Below, one piece after another: positions 28,802 to 37,895 of a stretch of DNA of 64,000 nucleotides; within the stretch, counting starts at the first letter, position 1; the number at the start of each line of letters is the position of its first letter. Position numbers and translations under genes: made by a program. The DNA is from a virus. The stretch spans positions 1 through 64,000 of IMG/VR virus record IMGVR_UViG_3300005096_000058; one strand, written 5' to 3'. The notes below the pieces were generated by a model. It did not search any database. It was not told where the DNA came from and saw only the letters and a list, made by a program, of their open reading frames with translations.

Positions 28802-28823
28802 CGTCTGGACGCTGCTCCAGACG
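28802..28823. promoter_or_regulatory. inverted pair of the dispersed 8-mer between sheath and tube
   Basis: CGTCTGGA-CGCTGC-TCCAGACG. Confidence 0.5.
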
Positions 28824-28824
28824 T

Positions 28825-31143
28825 TTAGCCGTCTTGCAGCTGCGCCAGCGTCACGAGGTGGACGACAATACGCACAAAGTTGATGGGGATGACGGGCGCC
28901 ATCTCGACGCTGACATCCATGACGTCGAGGATGAGTTCGATGTCGAGGTTGCGGAAGCCGACGAGCACGAGCGCGTCAACGAGAAGGCCAAGCGTTGCGG
29001 TGGCGTTGGACCGAGTCGAGGCCACCGTCCCGCTGAACCCCTTTTTGCCGACGATGAATTCAAGGTTTGTGCGGAAGTTGAAGACCGCAAAGTTCACCGC
29101 CTCGTTCACCGACGCTTCAACGAACGCAATGTTGTTGTCGACGAGGTAGGTGGTGACGTTCCGCTTGATCCTGCGGCCAACGCCCTCGACGTCCTCAAGG
29201 AAACAAGCACCCGCGTTGATCAACTCCTCAGCGTCGTCAGTGGGGTTCCAGGTGCTGTGCTGACGGAAACCTAAGACGTTCATGAACTTGTGGGTGAGGC
29301 TGATGCCGATGTCGCTGCCCGCTTGTGCTCCCGCAGCCACCGCACCCAAGAACGGTGGAAGATATTCCGTGCGTTCGCCAACCGTGTTGAAGCGCTCGAT
29401 CGCCTGGCCGAAACAGCGCAGGTGCCTCGTGTTGAGGTCGACAATCTGCTCTTTGTACTCATCCTTTGTGGGCACGTCTGTGAGCGCAGCGTTAAGAGCA
29501 CCTACGAACCCGTCACGCTCAGATCGCCCGATGCCGCCCATAAGCGCGCAGTGTGCGTCGACGGCCGCGGCGATGGCTGGGCTACCGGACAGGTCTACAA
29601 TGGAATTGACACGCAGCTTCTTGAGCAGGTTGAGCGCGGACTGGTAGTCCGCGAAAGTAGCAATACCCTCGATGCCGCCTGTAAGCGCGATCGGGGACGA
29701 GGTGTTGTCTGGCACGCCGGTGGCGCCCACGCTTTTCACAGCGGAAATCAGCTGCGAATTCTGGTTGACCCACGCGATGATCGCGTAGAGGTCAGCGGTG
29801 TAATTGAAGTCGGCCGGGTTGAGGATTGACTGCCCCGTGAGGTCTTGGTCAAAATTGGCCGGGTCGAAAAGGTGCTGACCAGTCTCCAACGTGAAAATGA
29901 ACCCCTCCGTCGTGGGGCCCGCTGTGATCTGCTGCTTCGAATTGAAGTAATCGTTGACCTTGAGGATCGTGTCCTGGACCGAAGCCAACGCAACCGCGGC
30001 CACGGCCGTGAGGGTCAGGGTCTGCGCCGCCTCCATGGCACCCAGCACGATGACGTCGATGAACGCGTTGGAACTCGCCACGGAAGTCACGGTGGTCGTA
30101 CCGGTGAGGGGCACCGCCTCGTTCACAGCAGCCCCCGCCGCATCGCGACCAAAGAGCAGCACCGTGGCCACCGAGGCGCCACTCGACACCAGATCCACCG
30201 TGGTGTTGTTGACGTAGCAGTTGTCGCAGCTGATCAAGCCTTGTTCCACATCAGTGCCGGGAGCAAGCGAGAGCACCGTGGCACCGCCGCCTACGATCCG
30301 CACCAAAATGGTGCCCGCGGTGACGCCAGTAACGCGTGCGCCAAGCAGACCGCCAGCGTCCCAAACCACTGAGCCAGCGACGACCCCAACACCGTTGCTC
30401 GACAAGAGTTCAACGGTGGGGACGCCAGCGACAAGGCCGAAGAGCTCCACGGGGAGGCCCACATCGCCCGCGTCAGAGGAGACAATCTCCGCTGCAGCAT
30501 TTGTGACGGGATTGACGACCTGGCCGTCCAGGCCCACGGAGGACCGCGTGGCCGTAACTGTGGTGTTACCCGCGGCGGACACGGTGGCGACGGCAGTTTG
30601 ATAACCGTCTGGACCTGACACGTAGCTCAGCGTGGCGAGAGTTTCGCCACCGAGATCGTCGACGCTTTCGACGATGTCCTCGAAGGTGATCGTGAGAAGT
30701 TTGCCCTTAGTGGTGCCCGTCTGGACATCGACGGTGATCTGCTCGGTGAACGCGCCATAATCGCGCGAGGTGAGATCGATCGCGGGCCCGTCAATGTTGG
30801 TGAGGGCCCCCGTCGATTGCGTGGCCGGATTGGTCTTCATCGCCACAAATTCAACCGCACCCGCTGGGATGTCTGGATCTTTGGCGGGAGAAAACAACAT
30901 TCCAGCCACTTCGCGCAGCTGACCGCTTTTGAAGGCACGACGTGCTTTCTCTGCGTTGCCGAAACGGGGGATGTCCTTGGTTTCAACGATCGAAGAAACA
31001 GGGCGCCCGCCGACGGCGGTACCAAGCACCGCAACGATACCCGCCGCCCCGAGGGACACGGTGTCGAGGCCTGAAGCGTCGACCTCGGAATAGGCACCGG
31101 GGATGCTGATCACCCGGCCATTGAAGAAAATCGAGGTGGCGAT
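28825..31143 (-). CDS. tail sheath protein (apparent ATC start at 31143)
   Basis: ATSIFFNGR..S.PGAYSEVDASGL N-terminus, LTGG..G, SLTHK, and C-terminal PVIPINFV; AGGAGG 5 nt upstream of an in-frame ATC. Confidence 0.9.
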   Translation of the reverse strand: MATSIFFNGRVISIPGAYSEVDASGLDTVSLGAAGIVAVLGTAVGGRPVSSIVETKDIPRFGNAEKARRAFKSGQLREVAGMLFSPAKDPDIPAGAVEFVAMKTNPATQSTGALTNIDGPAIDLTSRDYGAFTEQITVDVQTGTTKGKLLTITFEDIVESVDDLGGETLATLSYVSGPDGYQTAVATVSAAGNTTVTATRSSVGLDGQVVNPVTNAAAEIVSSDAGDVGLPVELFGLVAGVPTVELLSSNGVGVVAGSVVWDAGGLLGARVTGVTAGTILVRIVGGGATVLSLAPGTDVEQGLISCDNCYVNNTTVDLVSSGASVATVLLFGRDAAGAAVNEAVPLTGTTTVTSVASSNAFIDVIVLGAMEAAQTLTLTAVAAVALASVQDTILKVNDYFNSKQQITAGPTTEGFIFTLETGQHLFDPANFDQDLTGQSILNPADFNYTADLYAIIAWVNQNSQLISAVKSVGATGVPDNTSSPIALTGGIEGIATFADYQSALNLLKKLRVNSIVDLSGSPAIAAAVDAHCALMGGIGRSERDGFVGALNAALTDVPTKDEYKEQIVDLNTRHLRCFGQAIERFNTVGERTEYLPPFLGAVAAGAQAGSDIGISLTHKFMNVLGFRQHSTWNPTDDAEELINAGACFLEDVEGVGRRIKRNVTTYLVDNNIAFVEASVNEAVNFAVFNFRTNLEFIVGKKGFSGTVASTRSNATATLGLLVDALVLVGFRNLDIELILDVMDVSVEMAPVIPINFVRIVVHLVTLAQLQDG

Positions 31144-31162
31144 AGCGTCCTCCTAGGTGGCG

Positions 31163-31480
31163 TCAGCCTACTGGTAGCGTCTGGAACTCAGCGAGAAGCT
31201 CGCGCCAGCGCGACATGGTGTGCTTGGTGTGATTGGTTTTGGAGATCCACGCTTTGAACCCGACCAATTGGTCGTCTTTTTCGGCAGCGGCGCGAATGAA
31301 GGTGCGGAGAGGAACCTCGCCCGTAGCGCACCCTCGACGGCGTGGTCGTGCACCCGCCTGCACAACGCCAGTACCAGTGATCGTGGCTGGGACGGCTGGT
31401 GAATTGGCGATCGCCAATTCACCTTTGGGCTCACGATCTAGCGCGCGATCGGAGGTCGACGAGGTTGTGCGTTTAGCCAT
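31163..31480 (-). CDS. hypothetical protein
   Basis: 105-aa ORF overlapping the upstream gene, in the tail-completion cluster. Confidence 0.6.
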   Translation of the reverse strand: MAKRTTSSTSDRALDREPKGELAIANSPAVPATITGTGVVQAGARPRRRGCATGEVPLRTFIRAAAEKDDQLVGFKAWISKTNHTKHTMSRWRELLAEFQTLPVG

Positions 31481-32192
31481 CTACTGTCTCCGCTGGGTCG
31501 AGTATGGTGACCAGCGTTTTCACGCCGCCCACATCCTCTCCTGGTGCCCCGGTCGCGTCCACATGGATGCCCGCAACCTGAAATGCTCTGCCGGTCCCAT
31601 CCGGTGCCACTTGGTTGTACTCCGTGGAGCAGTCGACTGTGAAGCGGCGCACAAAGAAGCCTGACGGGACCCAGTTTTTGTCTGGAGCCAGATCGCCGCC
31701 TGAATAGCTCAGGTGCAGCAGCCCGCAGCTTTTCAAGAATTGATCTTGGGCAATGAAGAAGCTTTTCAGCATCTGGTAATAGTAGAGCGTGAAATCGATG
31801 TGCTGCGTGATGACGAGGACCGTGTACTGGTGTTTCCAGATGGACCCCAAGATGGGAGAGCCATAATCGGGGTCGCTGGTGTCATCCAGAAACTGACCCA
31901 CCTCACGGCCCATGAACTGGGTGTCCTCATTCTCGCTCGTCAGCGTGATGAAGAAACCAGGGAATTCAGAGTCAGCGTGGGGGTACCCGTGTTGAACCAC
32001 GGCCGGGCCCTGGTTAGCGAGGTCTGCGGTGTTTTCCCAATAGGCGCGGATGCGGGCAGCTTCTGCGGCCTCGACGTCAAACGTCGGATTATTGATTGCA
32101 GCATTGGTGAACAAATCTTCAATGCGTGACGGTTGGGCCGTGAACAGATCGATGCCATTCTGGATGGCTTGGTAAATAATACGCTCAATCAC
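31473..32192 (-). CDS. tail terminator/completion protein
   Basis: Position before the sheath; GYP....FP...I.L..E.E...F.G pattern. Confidence 0.55.
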   Translation of the reverse strand: MIERIIYQAIQNGIDLFTAQPSRIEDLFTNAAINNPTFDVEAAEAARIRAYWENTADLANQGPAVVQHGYPHADSEFPGFFITLTSENEDTQFMGREVGQFLDDTSDPDYGSPILGSIWKHQYTVLVITQHIDFTLYYYQMLKSFFIAQDQFLKSCGLLHLSYSGGDLAPDKNWVPSGFFVRRFTVDCSTEYNQVAPDGTGRAFQVAGIHVDATGAPGEDVGGVKTLVTILDPAETVDG

Positions 32193-32976
32193 CTAGGAGT
32201 GCCCCAAACGCGGCCGGCGCAATTTTGTCCACAAACTTCTCGACGTCCGCCGCGAGTTCTGCGGCTTCGATGCCCGGGTGCTGCCACTTTGTGGGAACCG
32301 CATCAGAGATCATGCGAAACGTCGTAAACGTGCTTTGGGCGGCCTTTGCGTACGTCTTTTCTTGGCGCACCATACCCGCGTAAATGTCGGTCGAATGCGC
32401 AGGCTTCAGCTTCGGAGCCAAGCCAGCTTGTAGCCGGCCGCCGTAGTTGACCTTGCCTCCAGATTGTCCAGACGTGGGTTTGAGTTGCTTGGCTTTCGCG
32501 TAAACAGCTTTGCCAAGCTTTGCTGCATTTTTGACGAGGGGGTGGCCCTCGTACGCGCGACCCATGGGCGGACCACCACCTTGCCCCGCAGTGCCAGGAG
32601 TTTGGTGCCGGAAAGGGATCGCCCGATAGAAATGGCCATCAGCGGCTTGCCGTTTGCCTGACTGACCTGGGGAGGCGATCGGCACGTTTGGGCCCAGGAG
32701 GGTCTCATGCATGTCGTACGGGCTTGCTCCGAGTTCGACCATGTTGGGGAACACCCCGACAAGTTCAATACTGGCTGTGAGCCCATCCACATCAATTTGC
32801 TGGATGCCGTTGATGTAATCCCGTCTGGACGACGTCAACCGCTTACCCGCGAGCTGAATCCAATACGCGCGGGCGCCCGCCGCGATGTCTAACAGCACCG
32901 TCTCCAACTGCCCCTCGTTGAATGAGGCCAACAAGGCTTCGTCAACGACGTCAGAAATGATGGTTACGTTGAGCAT
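32185..32976 (-). CDS. neck/tail-completion protein
   Basis: E.GASPYDM...LL, IPFRH.TP, TFR..S.....W.HPG, as in SPO1/Twort-type neck genes. Confidence 0.6.
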   Translation of the reverse strand: MLNVTIISDVVDEALLASFNEGQLETVLLDIAAGARAYWIQLAGKRLTSSRRDYINGIQQIDVDGLTASIELVGVFPNMVELGASPYDMHETLLGPNVPIASPGQSGKRQAADGHFYRAIPFRHQTPGTAGQGGGPPMGRAYEGHPLVKNAAKLGKAVYAKAKQLKPTSGQSGGKVNYGGRLQAGLAPKLKPAHSTDIYAGMVRQEKTYAKAAQSTFTTFRMISDAVPTKWQHPGIEAAELAADVEKFVDKIAPAAFGALLGD

Positions 32977-32979
32977 GAT

Positions 32980-33825
32980 TCAGCCGGGGTCTAGCGGGAG
33001 GTGTTCCAGACGGACCATGACCTGCTGAGGCAAGTGCACGATGTCGCCCTGCGGGGTTTTGGTTACAGCTTTCTTCTGCTTCACGAGGGTGGTGCGGTTG
33101 AGCTTTGAGTGCTCCATTACAACCCAAGCGGGACGGCAAAGATAGTGCAGCGAAATCTTGGTGCCGAGCGCAGGCTCCTGCCCCGTCGTCCAGACGATCT
33201 CCCCGCCGACAATGGTGAGGTCGGTGTCCGAGAAAACCGTGGTGAGGGTACGCACTAAATTGATGGAAAAGATGGGGTAGCGCGTTTTCAGAATTGAAGT
33301 GCCGTCAGCTTCGAGCACCTCGCTGTAAACCATGGTGTCGTCAAGAGCGATCAGCCGATCGTAATAGCCGAGCTTGTTCCCTTGGCGCACCGTGCACGAA
33401 GCAGAACCAAACGCCCACTGGCCCAGCACGGTATAGATGTCAGGTTGGCTCAAGGCGTTGACCATCAGCGTCTTGATCACCACCGCATTGGCCTTGTCGA
33501 TGATCGCGCACTGCGCGTCGTCGAGGGTACCAATGAGCGCGCTGTCTGCGGTGTATTCGTGTGGCTTGAAGTACAACCAGCCGAGGCCGTTGCAAAGGGT
33601 GCATTGCGGATCGGGTTGTCTGGACTGCGGGTTAGGTCCGGTGCAGGGGCAGAGGGCGGCCCGAGCCCAGGCAAACCTAGGACACTTGGTTTCTATGAGC
33701 AGATCGAAAGCTGTGTCGTTGACGCTGTTTAACGTCTTGAAGTCGACACGTTGTCCCCCCTCTTTCACGTTGGAGGGCAGGCCGATCACGCCCGAGCCTA
33801 GGAAGCCACCACCGACGTCACTCAT
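32980..33825 (-). CDS. head-tail connector (stopper-like) with Cys motif
   Basis: W.RA..CPC......PD..C.LC.G.GW. Confidence 0.6.
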   Translation of the reverse strand: MSDVGGGFLGSGVIGLPSNVKEGGQRVDFKTLNSVNDTAFDLLIETKCPRFAWARAALCPCTGPNPQSRQPDPQCTLCNGLGWLYFKPHEYTADSALIGTLDDAQCAIIDKANAVVIKTLMVNALSQPDIYTVLGQWAFGSASCTVRQGNKLGYYDRLIALDDTMVYSEVLEADGTSILKTRYPIFSINLVRTLTTVFSDTDLTIVGGEIVWTTGQEPALGTKISLHYLCRPAWVVMEHSKLNRTTLVKQKKAVTKTPQGDIVHLPQQVMVRLEHLPLDPG

Positions 33826-34886
33826 GCGACACGGAACCTCAACCCCTTGTAGTACCGGATGAGTTCAGGGTACTGGTCTTTCAATTCCTTCGTGTATTGG
33901 ATGATCCGCGCGCCGAAACCTGCGTTTGTCGCGGAGCTCGTCGTGTTGAATGACTGGGAGAGGCCGTCTAACGAAATCGACTGGCTCGCGATGCCCGCGC
34001 CTCCGAGCAGGTCGCCACCAATGTTGAGCGGACCAAAGCTCGCCTCTTTGCCGATGACGTCTTTGATGTTTTGGGGCAGCGGGTTGTTGGCCCCGAAGCC
34101 CGCAAAATACGTGATCCTGAACGCATTGGGGATGAACTTTGACGATCGAAACCCGCGGAGCATCCCGGCCGCACGTGAGCCGCTGAAGACAATCCCCGAA
34201 GAGGTGTCTGGAAGTAAATGCAGCTGACCAAAGTCCTCCTGCACCTGCAGCCACGACGTAGGGAACGCTTGTGGATCCTGCCCAGGCACCACCAACTCCA
34301 CCACGGGAAGCGTGGCGGGGTCCGACTCGTCGTTGATGATCGGAAATTCATCCGTGAGGAAGAACATGAACGTCTCAGCGTCTTCTCTGATCCAATCATG
34401 CTTCTCGACAAAGCGCTGTGGGCAAACTCGGAGGCTCACCTTCTGCTCAAACTTTGCGATCGCGCTCTGGATGTAGTGCGCGTACACCCTGTCTGGAAGA
34501 GGTACGCCCTGATCGTTGGAGAGGGCGTCCCCGAGGCCGTACAAATAAATGTCCTTGAGTTCGTTCACCGTCATTATTTTTTCAAAGGTGGCGTCAACAG
34601 CCGGCGTGATCCCAAAGCGCACATCGACGGGTGTGCCGGGAGTCGCGCTGTTCTGGAGGACAGGCTCATACTCCCAACTTTTCTCAGCGAGTTCGTCGAG
34701 GAAGAAGTAGTTGTAAACTCCAAGCTGAATCGTGATCGGCGTGGGCTTGGTGACCGGCGCAAAGCTGAGTGTGGTCTTCTTGCGGCGCTCCAGACGCACG
34801 GTGTCGTAGCCGGCGTCGATCAAACTCTTCGGGTCGGGGATGAATATGAAGATCTTTGCGGGGTATGTCTGGACGTGTGCGGACAT
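33822..34886 (-). CDS. head-tail adaptor
   Basis: YL.GL, ITY.AGF, GAGIASQSISLDGLSQS..TTSSATNAGFGARI; start ATG 34886 (TGATG overlap). Confidence 0.75.
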   Translation of the reverse strand: MSAHVQTYPAKIFIFIPDPKSLIDAGYDTVRLERRKKTTLSFAPVTKPTPITIQLGVYNYFFLDELAEKSWEYEPVLQNSATPGTPVDVRFGITPAVDATFEKIMTVNELKDIYLYGLGDALSNDQGVPLPDRVYAHYIQSAIAKFEQKVSLRVCPQRFVEKHDWIREDAETFMFFLTDEFPIINDESDPATLPVVELVVPGQDPQAFPTSWLQVQEDFGQLHLLPDTSSGIVFSGSRAAGMLRGFRSSKFIPNAFRITYFAGFGANNPLPQNIKDVIGKEASFGPLNIGGDLLGGAGIASQSISLDGLSQSFNTTSSATNAGFGARIIQYTKELKDQYPELIRYYKGLRFRVA

Positions 34887-35587
34887 CAGTTCAACACCTG
34901 CCCATGCACGAGACAAATGTCGCCGCGCGCACCCGTGAAGCTGCGTCCACGGCGGATTTCAAAGGCGATGTTAGCCTCATTCACCCAATTGGCGTGGTGT
35001 ACGGTGACGTTGTTGTCGTCGGTGACGGACTGGATCACAGCCGGTTTGGCGTCGTTGATCCCTCCGAGAGGCTGCAAGACGTCCCCTACGCGAGCCTGGG
35101 CAAATGTGGTGCCCGCACCAACAACGGTCTTGGCGCCGGCCACCAAGGACAGCGTGCCGCCTTGTGCACCTGACCGAATAAAGTCTTGGCGGGTCACCTC
35201 AAGGTCGTGCGGGTAGCGAACTGGATCAGTGTGTGTGCCCGCATCGAAATCGGTGGTGTCACCTTTGTCGATGTAGATCACGCCCTGACCTTCTGTGGTA
35301 GGCGCCGTCTGGTCGAGGAAAACGACATCCTCGGGGTCGGACGAATCTTTGTAGATTAACGCGGCGGCGGGGGGGTCGTCTGGATCTTCTTTTGCTGCGA
35401 ATCTGACAATGGCGTTGCGGTTGGGGGTGCCATCAACAGCTTGGTCCAGACGCACCGTCTGAAGAGCAGGGGGGGCCGTGACTGACAGCGGGTCCGGTTC
35501 TCTGACCGTGAACAAAATCTCGTCGGAGTCCTCACGCACGAGGGTGATGTCTGTGACCGTGGGGGTCGTTGTCGTGGTCGCAGCCAT
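34886..35587 (-). CDS. BppU-like virion protein
   Basis: ITLVR.DS..I.FTV...YPHDLEVT pattern; GGAGG SD. Confidence 0.45.
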   Translation of the reverse strand: MAATTTTTPTVTDITLVREDSDEILFTVREPDPLSVTAPPALQTVRLDQAVDGTPNRNAIVRFAAKEDPDDPPAAALIYKDSSDPEDVVFLDQTAPTTEGQGVIYIDKGDTTDFDAGTHTDPVRYPHDLEVTRQDFIRSGAQGGTLSLVAGAKTVVGAGTTFAQARVGDVLQPLGGINDAKPAVIQSVTDDNNVTVHHANWVNEANIAFEIRRGRSFTGARGDICLVHGQVLN

Positions 35588-35600
35588 CTCTAAAACCTCC

Positions 35601-36416
35601 TCAGCGCAGGAACGCTGCGATCTTCGCTAGGCCTTTCGCCATCCCGCGCTCACCTTCGGCCACCATGTCATCCACGTCTTCTGCCGTCATCCCAAACTCA
35701 AGACCGCTGTGTTTGGTCTTGAGGTACACCACGCGTGCGAAAGCGGCGTCCTCGATGTGCTCCCGGTCAGCGGCGTTGATCATGTCCTCCATCGTGCCCG
35801 ACACACGCACGAGCTTGTTCTTGGGCTTGGGACGCGGATCGCCCTCGCCTGGTGAAAGGAGGCTCAACCCGATCACGGGCGTCTGTTTAGAGCTACGCAT
35901 GATCCAACCTTCATAATCCAGAAGAAAGTTTCCAGACACGCCCCCATCTTCGTAATAGTCCCCGTTGATCTGCACCATGTCGAAAATGGGAAGCGACATG
36001 GATGCGCGAACATGCAGCGGTAGGTCCCCTGAAATCCAGACGCGGTTTTCACCTCGGGTCCAATTGTGTGTGCTGATGTGCAGAGGAAGGGACGCGTCCT
36101 GGTAGCTCTTGGGTAAATTGTCCCGGGCGAATTTGAGCAACAAATCACCCTTGATCACCCCTGAGGTGCCATCAACAAACGGCCAGAATGGGAAGGCCCG
36201 TGGGTCGAGCATTGTGCTGGGTAACGCCGTCCTAGTCAGCTCGTGCAGCCGGTCCAGCGGTTGACCACTTGCGAGCATCCCGGCCGCGATCGCGCCAGCC
36301 GAAGTGCCTAACGCCTCTTCGATCTTGAAGCCGCTCTTTGCGAGTTCCTTGAACGCACCGATATAGACGGGGTAGCGGGTACCCCCACCACGGAGGACGA
36401 TCTTGATGCTTGGCAT
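35601..36416 (-). CDS. patatin-like phospholipase
   Basis: GGG oxyanion loop (LRGGGTR), GTSAG nucleophile, RASMSLP, DGG catalytic Asp. Confidence 0.9.
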   Translation of the reverse strand: MPSIKIVLRGGGTRYPVYIGAFKELAKSGFKIEEALGTSAGAIAAGMLASGQPLDRLHELTRTALPSTMLDPRAFPFWPFVDGTSGVIKGDLLLKFARDNLPKSYQDASLPLHISTHNWTRGENRVWISGDLPLHVRASMSLPIFDMVQINGDYYEDGGVSGNFLLDYEGWIMRSSKQTPVIGLSLLSPGEGDPRPKPKNKLVRVSGTMEDMINAADREHIEDAAFARVVYLKTKHSGLEFGMTAEDVDDMVAEGERGMAKGLAKIAAFLR

Positions 36417-36641
36417 TTAGGCCGCCTGTGCGCGGATAAAGTCAACAAGTTGGCGCGCGTGAGGAAGGCTGACGCCCTCAATAGGAAAGTCGTCGTCCGG
36501 TCGTGCCTCGACCGCGTCGGCGAGCGCGATAAGATCCACCGCGTCACTCTCAGCAGCCACGTCCATACCCGCAATTGGGTTGAGGCGACGGCAGGCCGCG
36601 TTGATCAATTTCGTGAGCGTAGGATCGAAAACATTTTTCAT
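36417..36641 (-). CDS. acyl-carrier-protein-like small acidic protein lacking the phosphopantetheine Ser
   Basis: 74 aa; SDAVDLIALADAVE...DFPIE...ARQLVDFI aligns by eye with ACP ADSLDTVELVMALE...EIPDE...TVQAAIDYI. Confidence 0.5.
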   Translation of the reverse strand: MKNVFDPTLTKLINAACRRLNPIAGMDVAAESDAVDLIALADAVEARPDDDFPIEGVSLPHARQLVDFIRAQAA

Positions 36642-37894
36642 GACGAGAAACATCCTTGCGGCGTGGCCGCTCCGAGATCGTTCGTGCCGGCTGCCGCGAG
36701 GAGCATGGTTGTGCCTGGGTTTGCGCCAACGACGATTTCAGATCCGGCCGGCGTGACCAATGCCCAGCGCGCCGACAGAATTTCACTCATCCTCCCGCCG
36801 TCCACAAGTTCGACAAGGTTTCCCGTGACTGAACCAAGCATGCCGACCGTAGGGCTCAAGCTGTCAACGACGTGGCCCTTGGTTCGGATCATGCGCACGC
36901 CATTTGCAGAAATGCCATTCCCGCCGATACCAACTGTTGTATTTGGTCCGCAATCAAGGCCCACACCAATGTCAATATCGACTTGGTTGAAGAATCGGAT
37001 ATTGGTGTTTGGCTGAATGATGACTGTGTTGTCGAGCAACGATCGGGCGATGTTCGGATAGTTTGATCCGCCGACCAAGAAATTATTTGAAAACGAGGCA
37101 CCAAGGTGAAAGCCGAAGATGTCGCAGTCGACTGTTGTGAAAGAGCCATTTAGCGGTCCATCGTAGTAACCGCCTAACGAGCACTTTTCAAAGCGCCAAT
37201 TGCCCGTAGAATAAACACCGCCATCGAATGCAAGCCCACTAATCCTCGACGACGCGTCAACTGTTTTGATGAAGCCGAAATAATTTGGACCGCCGAGAAT
37301 GCCAGGATTCGTTTCTATCGATCCCCCTATGTAATCTGCGGGAATGCTCAATTGCGTCACATGGGCGTAGACGGCCGTAGGAACCGACACAGTCGTGCCC
37401 GCGACGAGAGTCAAAGACGGCCCGATTGAGCCCTTGCAGATAGCTGGGAACGACTGGACGGTGAACCCGAATGCGGAAAGATCGATGTCGGCCCAATGCG
37501 TCCCATCAATAAAATCAGGATGCGCACCAAAGTTTGGATCGGTGTGTTGGGCATGTCGGTCAGGCTCAACCGTGAAGGATGGCACCGCGTTAGTGACCAC
37601 TGGCGTCGATCGATCTGCGTAGACGGCGAGCACGCCTCCGACACCAGACTTGGGGTGGTGCACGGGAAGCGTGTACGGACCGGCGCCAACGCATTGAATT
37701 TCATAGAGCCCAACGTAGTTTTCAGGCACGCGGTCGACGGCTTCTTTCAGAGTCACGAGCGGCGTTGCAATGTCGCCGACTGCGGCGTCGCTGCCCGTCG
37801 CCGCATCGACGTACTGCCGTGTGGTGGTCGCGCGGTAGAGCGGGCGCAGTTGCGCCGGGTCTCTGATCGATCCGTTTGCAATTAGCATCGCCAC
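36638..37894 (-). CDS. fibre/spike-like beta-rich protein
   Basis: YVDA.TGSD...G....P..TL.EA..R.P motif of beta-helix proteins; paralogous to the C-terminal half of the upstream gene. Confidence 0.6.
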   Translation of the reverse strand: MAMLIANGSIRDPAQLRPLYRATTTRQYVDAATGSDAAVGDIATPLVTLKEAVDRVPENYVGLYEIQCVGAGPYTLPVHHPKSGVGGVLAVYADRSTPVVTNAVPSFTVEPDRHAQHTDPNFGAHPDFIDGTHWADIDLSAFGFTVQSFPAICKGSIGPSLTLVAGTTVSVPTAVYAHVTQLSIPADYIGGSIETNPGILGGPNYFGFIKTVDASSRISGLAFDGGVYSTGNWRFEKCSLGGYYDGPLNGSFTTVDCDIFGFHLGASFSNNFLVGGSNYPNIARSLLDNTVIIQPNTNIRFFNQVDIDIGVGLDCGPNTTVGIGGNGISANGVRMIRTKGHVVDSLSPTVGMLGSVTGNLVELVDGGRMSEILSARWALVTPAGSEIVVGANPGTTMLLAAAGTNDLGAATPQGCFSS

Positions 37895-37895
37895 G

